64,000 bases of DNA from Stylophora pistillata (lineage: Eukaryota): the NCBI RefSeq assembly GCF_002571385.2, contig NW_019218050.1, forward strand, positions 1 through 64,000. Direction: 5' to 3'. Positions within the stretch are counted from its first letter, which is position 1. Each line of letters starts with the position of its first letter. The position numbers and the translations under genes were made by a program. Below are positions 1-12,006 of the stretch, in pieces. Under the pieces are notes generated by a model that had not been told where the DNA came from, ran no database searches, and saw only the letters and a program-made list of their open reading frames with translations.

Positions 1-712
1 ACACACGTGCTTTTGTGACAGTGCAACACGAAAGTCGAGGGAAAATGTACAGCTGGAATTTGGCAAAGCCACTGGATGTTGCCTGAAGGCTGTACCGCTG
101 GTTCTCTGGTTTATTATCTAAACCTCGACCATCTCTTATCACTCTTCAAGGAGTAAACAATGCTCACAGACGTTCGTTATCTTTCGTTTCGATAATAAAG
201 AAACAACAACAACAACAACAACAAAAAATATGTGAACATTTTTGCATAAGCAGACTTATTTTTACATTGCTGCAACGGGTGCATAAGAAACTGATTCCAA
301 AGCAAACGATTGTCAAATGAGAATCTAATCGATACGAATTTACAGCCATTCATTTGTAATAATCATGGAGAAAGAAGTCTGACTGAGATGATTTACGGAG
401 AAATGTTTAAACATGTACAAGCTAGTGAGAAAGAAAGTAGATTATTTCAAAAGCGATGTATTACCGACATCTCCATGATTATGATTTCTCCATATCAGTT
501 CCAGCCTTTAGTTTTGTGCTAAAGCACGTATAAATGTAGCATTCCTCAGCTGTTTCTCTTGTATCGTAGATTTAACCAAAGTATATAAGGTCAAACTTTT
601 CAAAGGCGATTCAATTAAAAATCTGTAACAACTCCCCCCCATTCCCCCCCTCCTTATCCCAACTATGCACGGCTCCGGAAATCAAGAGGGGTTAAAACTG
701 ATTCGCAGATAA

Positions 713-823
713 TAGTCTGAATTTCAGCCGTCTCTTCCCTTTATCCCAAGGGGGGCGCGGGAGAGAGACTCTCTTCCGCGCCCCCCTTGGGGTAAAGGGA
801 AGAGACGGCTGAAATTCAGACTA
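713..823. mobile_element. 111-bp palindromic non-autonomous DNA transposon (AcademH-like)
   Basis: TIR TAGTCTGAATTTCAGCCGTCTCTTCCCTTTA...TAAAGGGAAGAGACGGCTGAAATTCAGACTA with exact 9-bp TSD CGCAGATAA (704-712, 824-832). TA termini plus 9-bp TSD fit AcademH (recalled). Confidence 0.8.
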
Positions 824-3800
824 CGCAGATAAAGGTGCCGTCGGGATCGCACCCAAACACTATGTACACCCAGCCCCCACCCCTCCACCTCCCACCTGCA
901 CCCCCGGCCACTAATCCCAAGGGACTTTCTAGTGAGAGATAACAAAAATTAAACAGCTAGGATGAGGGAGGAATGGACTCTACAGTAAATATCATCCTCT
1001 TGCTTTGACACAGCTCGATCGCAATTGGAGTATCTTTAAAATGTGAATCTTGTTCTTTTTTTTTTTTGTTCTTCATTTTCAATCTTTTATGATTTTTACC
1101 ACCCTAGTTCCTTCCTCTTTCATTCTTGTTTCTCTCACCCTTTTTTTCATTTTTTCTTAATCAAAAAAAGTACTTTACAGCCTCTTTCAAGGTATAAAAT
1201 ACCGACTCGAGAAATCACTTAGAAGAATCAGGTTGTAAAATGAGGATTAATACAGCTCTCTTTAAAAATTTTGACAAAGAACTTAGACGGTCCCAAGTTC
1301 ACAAGCGGACTCCATTCACGCAAGTCAAATCTTTGTTGTTTTTTTTTCCACAAAGGATTACACAGTTTTACAGACGTCTAAATACGGAGTATGATCGTGC
1401 AACATGCGTAAATACGGAGTATTGAAATTAGAAACAAAAAGGTTGGAGCTATTTGAAGCGGCCTAGCGTCCTACGGCGTCAGCGTTCAGCAGACTAATTG
1501 TTTGTACCTCCAACAGATCAAAGGAGGGTTACAATAATACATTATTCAAGACATATCAGATTACAATTGCAGCGGCTTTTTTAGAGCAGATTCTCTTGTC
1601 TAGACATAGAGTATACCGCTGTCACACACAGAAACGCCCCAAAAAGCTATTTCAAAACAAGAGATTACAAGGTTTTACCAACAATAACTGATTGTCGTAT
1701 CTAACGAGCTTGATATATATGATAACTTGCAATTAACAGTCGAAATAAAAGGGATCAAAGATTTTACGCTCGGCTTGTGAGAGAGTTTTTACTGGATACC
1801 TTTCGTGTTGAAGGCATAGAACGGCAAATTCGGACTCCTCCGTATCCGGGCTTTTAATCTAGGTAAATAAGGAATGGATAATTGTTTGTGCTGCAGGTAG
1901 CGGAAGAGGAAAAATTCATAGCTTGAGGGAGTCTTTGTCGTGTCACTGCTCGGGAAACAGCAAATAAAAGTGTAAAAATTCACAAGAAATTAGACAAGTG
2001 CAACCAAATATACTTTGATAAGTTATTGCAAAACAGCCGAACCGACAAATTTTGCTGTGTACATTTTTCTATTCTCAAGATCTTAGCTGAGGCTCAGATC
2101 CTAAACTTGATTTAAATACAAAAGTACACGGCTCTAAGACATTGACTCAGTTGGCTCTCTGACGCAAGGAATGAAAAATTCACCCCATTCGAGCCGAGAA
2201 AGATCAATATGGCTACGGAAACGAAACCTGAATATAGGAAATTTCGCAGCATTGTCGAAGATTTGTTGTCTCTTGAAAAATCAATAGATCGGTAAAAAGA
2301 AAACATTAAACAAAGGGCCACCATGAGCAAAGGGCTGTTCCGAACAGAGTGAAAATTCAAATTAATGAGATGAAAATAGTTAGCTTAACAAACTCGTGAA
2401 TACCTGTTTAGTCTGTAGGTAAAACCTGTGCGCTCTTTCAAGTAACCGCTTAACAGAAGATACTGCACTAAGATGGTTAAGCACTTTCGAGTTTTTTCGG
2501 AAGAATTCTAATTTTCTGGGATTCACACGAACTGAATTCAATTTAAACTCTTGCTGCTTGATACGCAGTTGTGTTCTGTCGCAAAGACTACAACTACAGC
2601 ATGCAAGTATTCTTCACCTCTGAATTAGAGTTCCCTAAAACTGCGCACGATAAAATTGCAAATTAAGAACCATTCTGTTCTTTTTTCTTAGTTGAATAAT
2701 CAGCTCATTTCTGAACAAAGCCAATATCTTGGTTACCTAACCAGCAAATATTGCATCAGTCGAGGCTCGTCTTCTTATTCTTAGTTATACAACAATCGTA
2801 AATTACTGATACGTGATTGGTCGATCCTCTAACCAATAGGATTCCAGCTTGTCAGTCGTCAGGCCTAAATATATATTTAACTTGTAGCTTGTTGTTAAAT
2901 TACAGGATGTAAGAAGAGATTAAAAAACTAATTTCAACGATTTCTCGAAATAAGAATTTAAGCTGCGAAGACAAAAGAAGGTCGATGGTGCAAAGACAAA
3001 AAAAAAAAGAACATTAGGGATGGGAAGTGTCTCTCATTGCCTTCAATGAAATGAAGGCAATGAGACAAACAATTAAAAAAATCGAAAGTTAAAAAAAGTG
3101 TGCTTTCTTTTTTTTTTTTTTTTTAAGGTTGTCATAAACAGATAAATTGCGAGTTGTCCTTAGAGAGAGAGCTATCTGCAAAGACCTTTTTCTGTAAGCA
3201 TATTGAAAACCCTGAAAAAGTGAGAAAGATCTTTCAAAAAATAGTACAGAAATCTTTGAAAAAACCGCTGGGAAAAATAACGGGGGGAAGATTACATCTT
3301 AAATGTATTACGATCGACGGGAAACGCCGCTTCACACAAAACCGTTCCAACGTAAGCTTCACGAAAGAACTGGCATTTTTGAGGGAAAGGTGTGTTATAA
3401 TCGTATTTCAATCAGGAAATCACCAAACCAAGAGAAACAAATCATAAAAACCACCAACCATTCACTTCATTTCGCGACGAAGTAAAACTTAATTGGTCGC
3501 GAGCTATTTACGAAAATAATTTGTTCTCGAATTCTTATAAACAAACGGATTCTTTTTGAACTTGACACTGACTGGGGGACGTTGAAAAAGCCGAGAAGAA
3601 AAACAATACGACAGGAAATCAGTCACATTAGTCACGGGTTAAGATTGTCAACGTAACCTACACCCAGCAGACTTTTTCAGTTACTTGGGCAGTCGATCGG
3701 CAAACAACAACAACAAGTTAATGATTTTCTGAGCAGCTATAATTATAATGTAATTTTCTGGTTTCAATATTGTCATCTCGGCGATAAATGTGCAACAGGT

Positions 3801-4145
3801 GAAAACGACGAACGATAAATCTCGATATCAGACGAAGACCTGCGGTTTATTCATAAGTGTACCGGGGAATGGACTGGGTAGGGCGGGGCAGAAAATGAAA
3901 ATACTTCAAAATCACTCCAGTTACTGTAACTTGCTAGTGGTTCTAACACCTCTGCACAAAATTGTCGCACCATTTGATGGCGATAGGCAAGTAGTTTGAA
4001 ATACATTTCATAAAGAACAAGGTACACTTGCTAAATATGTGAAAGTTAGAACACCTAGGAGAGATAAGTTAAAATATTTGACATCATTGTTTTCAGGAGT
4101 CGTTTTCCCGTGATTCATTCTTGTTCACTAGAGAAGACTGCTATT

Positions 4146-4355
4146 TCACCCTTTAATTCCCAGAAGTGATTAAAATGTAACTTCTCCCCGGAATAACCTT
4201 ACATTATCCAGCAAAGAGGTAGTGAGAATACTCAAACCTATCAGGTTGAAGTTAATACCTCGATGTAACACCAGATTCTCCTTACTCGTCGAAAAAGAAA
4301 ATGTTTAGAAGCGAGAGGGGAGAATTAACAATCAGATCTTAGGAGTTCAAGGAAT
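4146..4355. repeat. Interspersed MITE-like repeat with (TTAA)CCCTTT...AAAGGG(TTAA)-type ends, piggyBac-like, degenerate
   Basis: A clearly related copy lies at about 58603-58830 (shared aaacaggtaatgagaatact and gaggggagaattaacaat..gatctt). A sister family occurs at about 9401-9543 and 12179-12378. Confidence 0.55.
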
Positions 4356-6324
4356 TTATTCAAATTTGTCTGTTTTCTGTTGTCGTTGATCGCCAGAATA
4401 TGTTCAGTTGTAGGAAGATTACCACATTGTTATTGCTTATTCAGTGAAACATAAATGTAACAACACCAGAGGCTATGGACGTACATCAAACGGAACATAA
4501 ACATTACATAACGTACGGTTAAAAATGAATGAGTTATTGCAACTGATAAGTTTGTTTCCTGTCGTCTCAGCAGGCAACTCATCGTACAATGTTTGATTCA
4601 TTAAATTTTGGACAAATATCACTTCGGCCGGAAATCATGTTTTGCAAACAGAGTTTTAATCTACGGTTTTTCCGCACAGTTGTACGAGGAAACACTTGCG
4701 TGCTTATTTAATTTCTGAAAGTAATTTAAGTATTGTTATTTCCAACCAGAGTTTAAACTTTATAATTTGAGAAGTCTGCACATAAGCTAAATTTGCAAAC
4801 CAGTAGTGCAAAACAAAAGATCTCAGTTCTTTATTCAATGAGGCTGTATTGCAAAATATAAGAATGCGTAAGAAAGCTGTGGAAGGAAAGAAACAAAAAA
4901 AATTCTTATCTCCTATTAAATGCATGTATTTCCTTAAATTCTTCCCTTACTCATGAAAACGAACCCTCTTATCTATTATAACTCAAAAATATATCTTGTT
5001 TTCCCTTTTCTTAAAAACATTTGCATCGCACAAAATTACAGATCATAAACTTCGGCGTGGTGAATGTTATGGTAATTTGTTTACGAGAATTTCTTCATTT
5101 CGGGTCAAAATAATCATTCACCGCTATTTCGAGCAAATTTATATAGAGTATCGAAAGTCATTCGGGGTTACTATGGCTTAATTTACTTTGAAAACACCTG
5201 CAAAGAGGAAAACGCAAAACTAAAAAAACAAATATGACTCGCATTCTCGCGATCTACCGCGCTTTGGGGCCTGGGCAGGTTGAAGCGCGGGTTCCGGTTC
5301 TCAAGCAGCGGCCGGTAATCGAGCCTTGTTTCTTGTGTTAACATTGATTCTTGTCTTTTCCTCCTTGTGATATTTTCTGTCTTTCTAATTGGCCATCGTG
5401 TCTGCTTAGGGTTTCGTTTTACAACACTCGATCGTAAAATGCTCAGGTAAAAACTCAAGCTGTGATCGTTTGGTTTTTTTTAGCCTTAATTTGTACTGAA
5501 TTTGGTACTTCAGTAAACTTCTCAATATTTTCTAACCCTCCCTATTTTTATTGCTGTTTGTTTCAAAATAACATCTGCAACTTAAAAAGGTGTCAATTTC
5601 ACCAAACACTCGGTTATTACTTTATTAATTTAACACAACTTGTGCATACATCCCCAGCGCTTTGCTTGTGTGAGACACTTGAAACTGACATATTTGGCAG
5701 ATTTTCTAGAATATTTTCAACAATGACAATAGGTGACCTTGGTCTTTAACAAAAATAAACTGCGAAGGTGAAATCAATAAATAAAACCACATGCATTGTT
5801 TGGTCAAACAAAAACCGCGGGAGGGCAATAACACATGTTTCCCTATGGATTAAGGCGAACCAATAATAAAATATAAGCTTAGGCTAATTTAACGTCTCCA
5901 AACAACAATTAATGCTTGCGTTCTTAAGGTGACAGGTCAGTGACGCTAAACCCTACGAAAGTAAATAGCTAACGGCTATTTAATACGAATGAGTATCTAA
6001 GAAAAAAAAAAACAATCAATATTTAAAGCAAAACATACCATCGATGGCGAGAAAGCGCGGGAAAATACGTCATCGATCAGGTGAGAAACGGCGCGAAAAA
6101 AACTGGTATTGGCACCACGCAGATTATTTTATTAATTTTTATTATCTCTCTTTAGTTTTTCTTCGAATCTCATAAGTTAAAGATATAACTTCTTTAGGTG
6201 AAATACGAAAAAAACCACCATGGAGGATCAATTCTTTAGCAATCGTCAAAAAAATTGACAATAAATTACTACACAACGAAAACTGGGATTACAACTACTA
6301 ACATGAATTGAAACCGTGGCTATT

Positions 6325-6369
6325 CAACCTCGTTCTCAGGGCCTTTTCCCTTCATTGGGAACGAGGTTG
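6325..6369. mobile_element. 45-bp minimal MITE (AcademH-like)
   Basis: TIR CAACCTCGTTCTCA/TGGGAACGAGGTTG with exact 9-bp TSD GTGGCTATT (6316-6324, 6370-6378). Confidence 0.7.
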
Positions 6370-7631
6370 GTGGCTATTTCAACCTTAGAAAAGAAAGCTA
6401 ATACTGAGCTTTGCATATGAATTTGCTCAAAGTGCGACGACAAAACTGAAAAAGCAATCTTGTCTGTGAAGAATTATGAATTAAACTATCCCATTCAAAA
6501 ACAAATGTGCAATGCGCAGGCGTCAACAAACACGTAATGCTGTGTTTTGAATTTTGTGGTTCAAAGTTATGTTTTCCGTTTTATGCAACAAGCGTCTAAA
6601 AAACAAGTCACCTATTAAAAATGTGCTTCTTCTCCTGTGATGTCAGTTTTCTCTAAATAATTTAGCAGCACCAGACAACTGTGTCAGCTGGATATAAGAA
6701 TCGTTTGTTAAATTGTTTTGGACAACTTGCATCCGTTTGCGAGACAAAGAAACCTGTCCCATTTAATTTTTGGTTTCGGACAACGACCACTAACATAAAA
6801 CAAAACTATCGAAAAGAATTTTAAAGTCAATTAAATGATTAAAAATCATGAGAAATCACAGAAAAATTGACATGAGTTCCTCGGCAAACAACTGTCCAGA
6901 AAAGTTGCTTATAGTTCAAAGTTGCGTTGTGTGGATATATCAGTGGAAACATTTGGGCGCGGCGGAACACGTTTTAGAAAAAATAACAAAACAGGCAAAG
7001 CCCATTTGAAAACAAGGGTTAGTAAAATACGAGAAACACAACTGCTTCCAAAGGAGAGTCGACCTCCATGCTTAGTTTTTTAAATAGACTCGAGTTATTT
7101 TTCTTTCTAAACAAATAGACTCGGCTTTGGATTTTATCTCGCCATCGAAAAGCAGTCTACGCGTACAATAATCTCGTATCCAGGTCCCACCGTTTGACTG
7201 TACTTCTTGGCCGTGGAAGGTCTGGGTAAGACACTAGTTCAACAAGTTAAAGGAGTAAAAGACCATTGTTGAAAATGATTTATAAGCTTTAATTCCTAAC
7301 TTTTTCTTTGTTCTTTATGGAACTCTGATTCCTTCACATATTAACGTTTTTTTAATTTTCTGTAATTAAATACAAATGTTTACATTTTGTCATCATGAGC
7401 CTAGATAAGGCCAATTTAGGACAATAGCGTGTTTACTTTGCTGTGGAAATCAATGGGGCGTCGATGTGTACATGCCATTGTAGCACTCTTAGTAACCGGC
7501 TAAACTGGCCAAATCGTTCCCTGACAAACACTGTGGCTCAGAGGGTTCATCTTTCATAGCGATCATCCGGCTTTCATTTAAAAGTTAGCCACGTAGTGAC
7601 CTAACGCATTATTTCCAAGCCATTTGACAAG

Positions 7632-10600
7632 TCACGTGCCGTTAATGTAAACAGAGGCAAGCTCGGCCGCACAGCCAACAAAAGCTCCCAACACACTCCC
7701 CCAGAAAACTATCCAACTTAGATGTCGGTAGACCGCGTCTTCAACCAGCTGCACGTGAACAGATAAGGAGAGTCACGTGAAGATCATGTGAATTCTCAAG
7801 CTAAGGAAGTTTTCACTATCACCCTCCTTGTTAACGATAGTTGAACAAGCCAGGTTCGTTTTCAAAACAGGGAGCACTGATTTTCACTCGCTGCGGTTTA
7901 TTAGTTTGTTCAAATGATTACGATTTCAAGCGGTCAATCACCTTCTCGTCAAATTTCTCACATTACGCATCATGCCACCAAACAGAAATCGTCTGTTCAG
8001 TTACTCGGCTACAACTTTCAAGGATTTACAAGAAAGAGCACTTTCTCTCACTTTTTGAGATAATCATTGCACACCTTATAGCTTTCTTCTGCTTCAAGAA
8101 ACCTTTGCAGTTTCTCGCTTGAAAAAATATCACTATTAGCGTTGATTCTTTTCACATAACCTAAGATTTTCTATTTTTTCTTGTTACTTTTTTCGTTGGA
8201 TAAAGTTATCCAAAGGGTAAATCGCTATCCAGTGGTAAGTGGTAAAAAAAGCGTACCGCGCTCTACAGTATAGAGAGTTGCCCAGTGGATAGCGTTATCC
8301 TCCTTCCTAGAACCGGACGATTGCTAACAATTATTAAGAGAACATAACAATTGGTCACCCAAGGATGGCACTCACCTGCTTGACTTGTTGTGCGGACAGT
8401 TCATGCGTCCTTGATGAAATCAAATCCACAATCTTTAAAAAAAAAAAAAAAAAAAAAAACCAACAAAAAGAAAAAAAATGTCGGATTACTTGAGGGGAGT
8501 TAGCCACACCCTGATTGCGCGGTATGGGAGTGCAATGGGGTAGAAAGGAGTGATGGAACCCGCACACCTTGCGTTTCCATGCCAACTGCGCCGGCTGCTC
8601 GCGCTGAGGAGACGACTGGGGACGAGTCAGCTACCAGAATAAGTAATCTAAACATCAACCTGGCCATAGTTTGCCTTTTCTAAACGAGTCGTTATTTAAG
8701 TGCAGTTAAGAAAATACACGAAATATCCACGCAGGACGCACTTTGGCTTTCACTGACCGTGGCGATTGCGAGGGCACTGGTTACGAGCTTGAAGAGCGAG
8801 GAAGTACAGAAATATGACATTCCAGACCAAGCCAATCCCTTCCTAAGAGACATCGTACTAAACCTAGTGCTCAAGGCCCCACGGAATAACATCAGCTTTT
8901 AATTTTACGTTTGGCGCGACTTCTTAAAATAGTTAAAGGGCATGAATGGGTATCTCTACTACGCATTGTCGAAAATAATGCATACCTGTTCTCTGAGGTG
9001 ATCAGCATTTAACAGATCTACTGATTCCATTGATGATAGTACCTACAAACCATAAACAAAAACAACAAATCAAAACAAAAAAACATCCGGTTTCAGTGGC
9101 GGATACAGACCTTGAACTAAGGGGGGGGGAGGGGGCATTTTTGTCCGTGTGCGTTCACCTGCCGGCTTTTCTTCCCCCTGCGTTTATTTCTTTACCCAAA
9201 ACAAGGGGGGAGAGGAGCGTGTGCCCCTCCCCTAGATCCGCCACTGGGTTTTCAAAATAATGTCTATTCACTGCACATATGATAATGAATTTTATATGCG
9301 TTCAAGAAAAAAAAAACTATTAACTGGATTAATAACAGATGGCTTAATAGCATTTAGTATAGCAAAGTTTCACAGTTTCACTTCCTGTTGATGACGTTCT
9401 GTAACCCTTTGGTCCCTAGGCGTGAGGAGCATGTTATTTCTCCTAACAATATCACCTCCCCCACCCCCCACCTCAAACATTAAGGTCACAAGAATAATGG
9501 AAATGATCACCAACTAAAGACGCTCTGGATTAAACAAATTCTCNNNNNNNNNNNNNNNNNNNNNNNNNNNNNNNNNNNNNNNNNNNNNNNNNNNNNNNNN
9601 NNNNNNNNNNNNNNNNNNNNNNNNNNNNNNNNNNNNNNNNNNNNNNNNNNNNNNNNNNNNNNNNNNNNNNNNNNNNNNNNNNNNNNNNNNNNNNNNNNNN
9701 NNNNNNNNNNNNNNNNNNNNNNNNNNNNNNNNNNNNNNNGATTAAATGCAAATGAAGAATTATGAGAGACCATAGGTCTACTTTCCCTTTTCCTTACCAA
9801 TGGTACAATTTGTGTTTTAAACTTCAACAATTGAGGCTTAACAAGGGGTGCCAGTTTGGCTTTGGTGACACCAAGCATACGAAGTCTGAGACCTACAAGT
9901 AAAACCAGATAACATGGCACTGAGTCAATAACTTTTCAGGGGTGGATCCCGCATTTTTTTGAGGAGGGGGTGCACAACTAAAGAATGGCGTAACTGACTG
10001 GTGACCAGACGTAAAGTGAGTAGGACTAATGCTCCAAACTTCAGTGCCAATTACTACCATTTTTACGCCATTTAACATAATTTCTTCAACCTAGTCTCTT
10101 ACTCTACTTCAACACCAATAAACCACATAGTTTTTTTTTGCAGAATACCACTTGTATTAGAAAGCCGCAGGTCATCTCAGGGGGGGTACCCACCCCCTGC
10201 ACCCTCCCCCTAGATCTGCCCCTGCCTTTACACTACAATGGAAGGGCCTGTTATACTGGTCTGTTTTAACCAGACAATGAGCACTTAGAGAATGTGTTCC
10301 ATGTATGAGTGACTGACAGAATGAATGAAAAAAGGAATGAATGAATGGATGAATGAATGTATATGTAAACGAGCAATCAAACAAATGTCCTATGGATGGA
10401 TGGATAGATGGATGGATGGATGGATGGATGGATAGATAAATGATCCTTGCCTTGCTTCAACTCCTTTGCAAATAGCCGACTAATTTGTCTCTAACCAGAT
10501 GAGATTATTGTTACTAATGGCAGTCAGAAATTCAATCCACTAAACAACAAATAAATCTGCTGCTGAATGAAGCAATGAATGGACCTGCTGAATGGACAGG

Positions 10601-11755
10601 TCAACTTACCCTCCGGTGTTCCCATCAAGACATCCAATTGCTCATGAATCATATTTTCTGCCCTTCTGGAATCAAGCAATTTCTCTAGCTGATTATCTAT
10701 TTGAAAGAAAAAAAATTAAATAAAATAATATGACAGAACATTTGAGAAAAATTCAGCAACTAAACTTTCCAAGGCATGACTGAGCTAGACTTACACTACA
10801 CATATCAAAATTAACTAGTTCTGGTTCATTGTCTTATTCTTAAGCAGAAAAGAAACTCCAGTATTATTGTTGTGTCACTTTACTAATTTCGATAAGTTCT
10901 AAAAAAAAGGAAAATGAGTGGAAATCATTCCATAGTAACCTAGAGGTGAACAACTTAAAACAATGTTATGCTAATTTTATTTAACTCTCATAAACTACAT
11001 CTTTATTTACCTATGTGTTCTGCTGTCAGATATGACCTCTTCTTGTCCTTAACATAAGTTCTTACTTGTGAAGGACTGAAAAATTCCTCCAAAATAAAAT
11101 TAGCCATCAGTTTCCTGGCTGTGACAAAATTCTTAGAAATGGCTCCACTACAAAAAAGGGAGAGAAGACTTCAAATAAGAAATATAATAACTACCTATGT
11201 GATACCAATGACAGGCTTAGTTTACTAATTTAATGCAAAGCTGCATACAAGGCAAATGAAAATATAAAAGTGGCCTGGCCATGAAAAATTGCGACAACCT
11301 CTTCAAGGCCACTGACCCCAGCAATACCCTTCTTTAAGAGACCAGTGTTGATGGATAAATCTAATTTGAAAATGTCTGAAGTATGATAGCTTTGAAAAGA
11401 CCAAGAAGTTTGCTGAAATAATTTCATTTTTCCATCCTCCTCTACATTCCCAAACAAGAGTTTTGTGGAAAGACAAGTAAGTCAGTTTGTGCCATTTTTG
11501 AAGATTGGCACTGTTAAAAAGGAGCCTTTGAGTGCTGAAGCAATCTTCCCTCTGAAAAATACTATTTCATAATATTTCAAAAAACCAAGGTGGTTTCAAT
11601 TACTTTAAGACTAAGACAGATTCATGGGTGAAGTTTAAAAGAAATCGAATTTTTGAAATGAAATGCATCACATCACTAACAGAGACTGCCTCTCAAAGGG
11701 TTAAAGCCACAACAGCACCACAGAACAAAAGGTAATTAACAATTATTCCAAGAGG

Positions 11756-11794
<39 letters not shown>

Positions 11795-11814
11795 ATAGCG
11801 CCAAGTTGGCTATA

Positions 11815-11848
<34 letters not shown>

Positions 11849-11956
11849 CTGTTTTATTAAAAACATTAAATTAAATTATTAAATTTTTAGCTCCCTTTTA
11901 ATTTCAAGCTGACACGAACGCTTTCCATATTTGTAGATTATGGAATATTGGCTCAC

Positions 11957-12006
<50 letters not shown>

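Noticed and set aside
9507-9920. ORFs spanning N gaps (also 34794-35014 and 47598-48565)
   Set aside because: Length comes from translated Ns. Only 9892-9798 is real (exon 8 of the DUF445-like gene).
11230-11457. 75-aa minus-strand ORF inside the DUF445-like gene
   Set aside because: Flanking exons 5 and 6 join in phase through the conserved FSG motif without it, and I recognise no homology.
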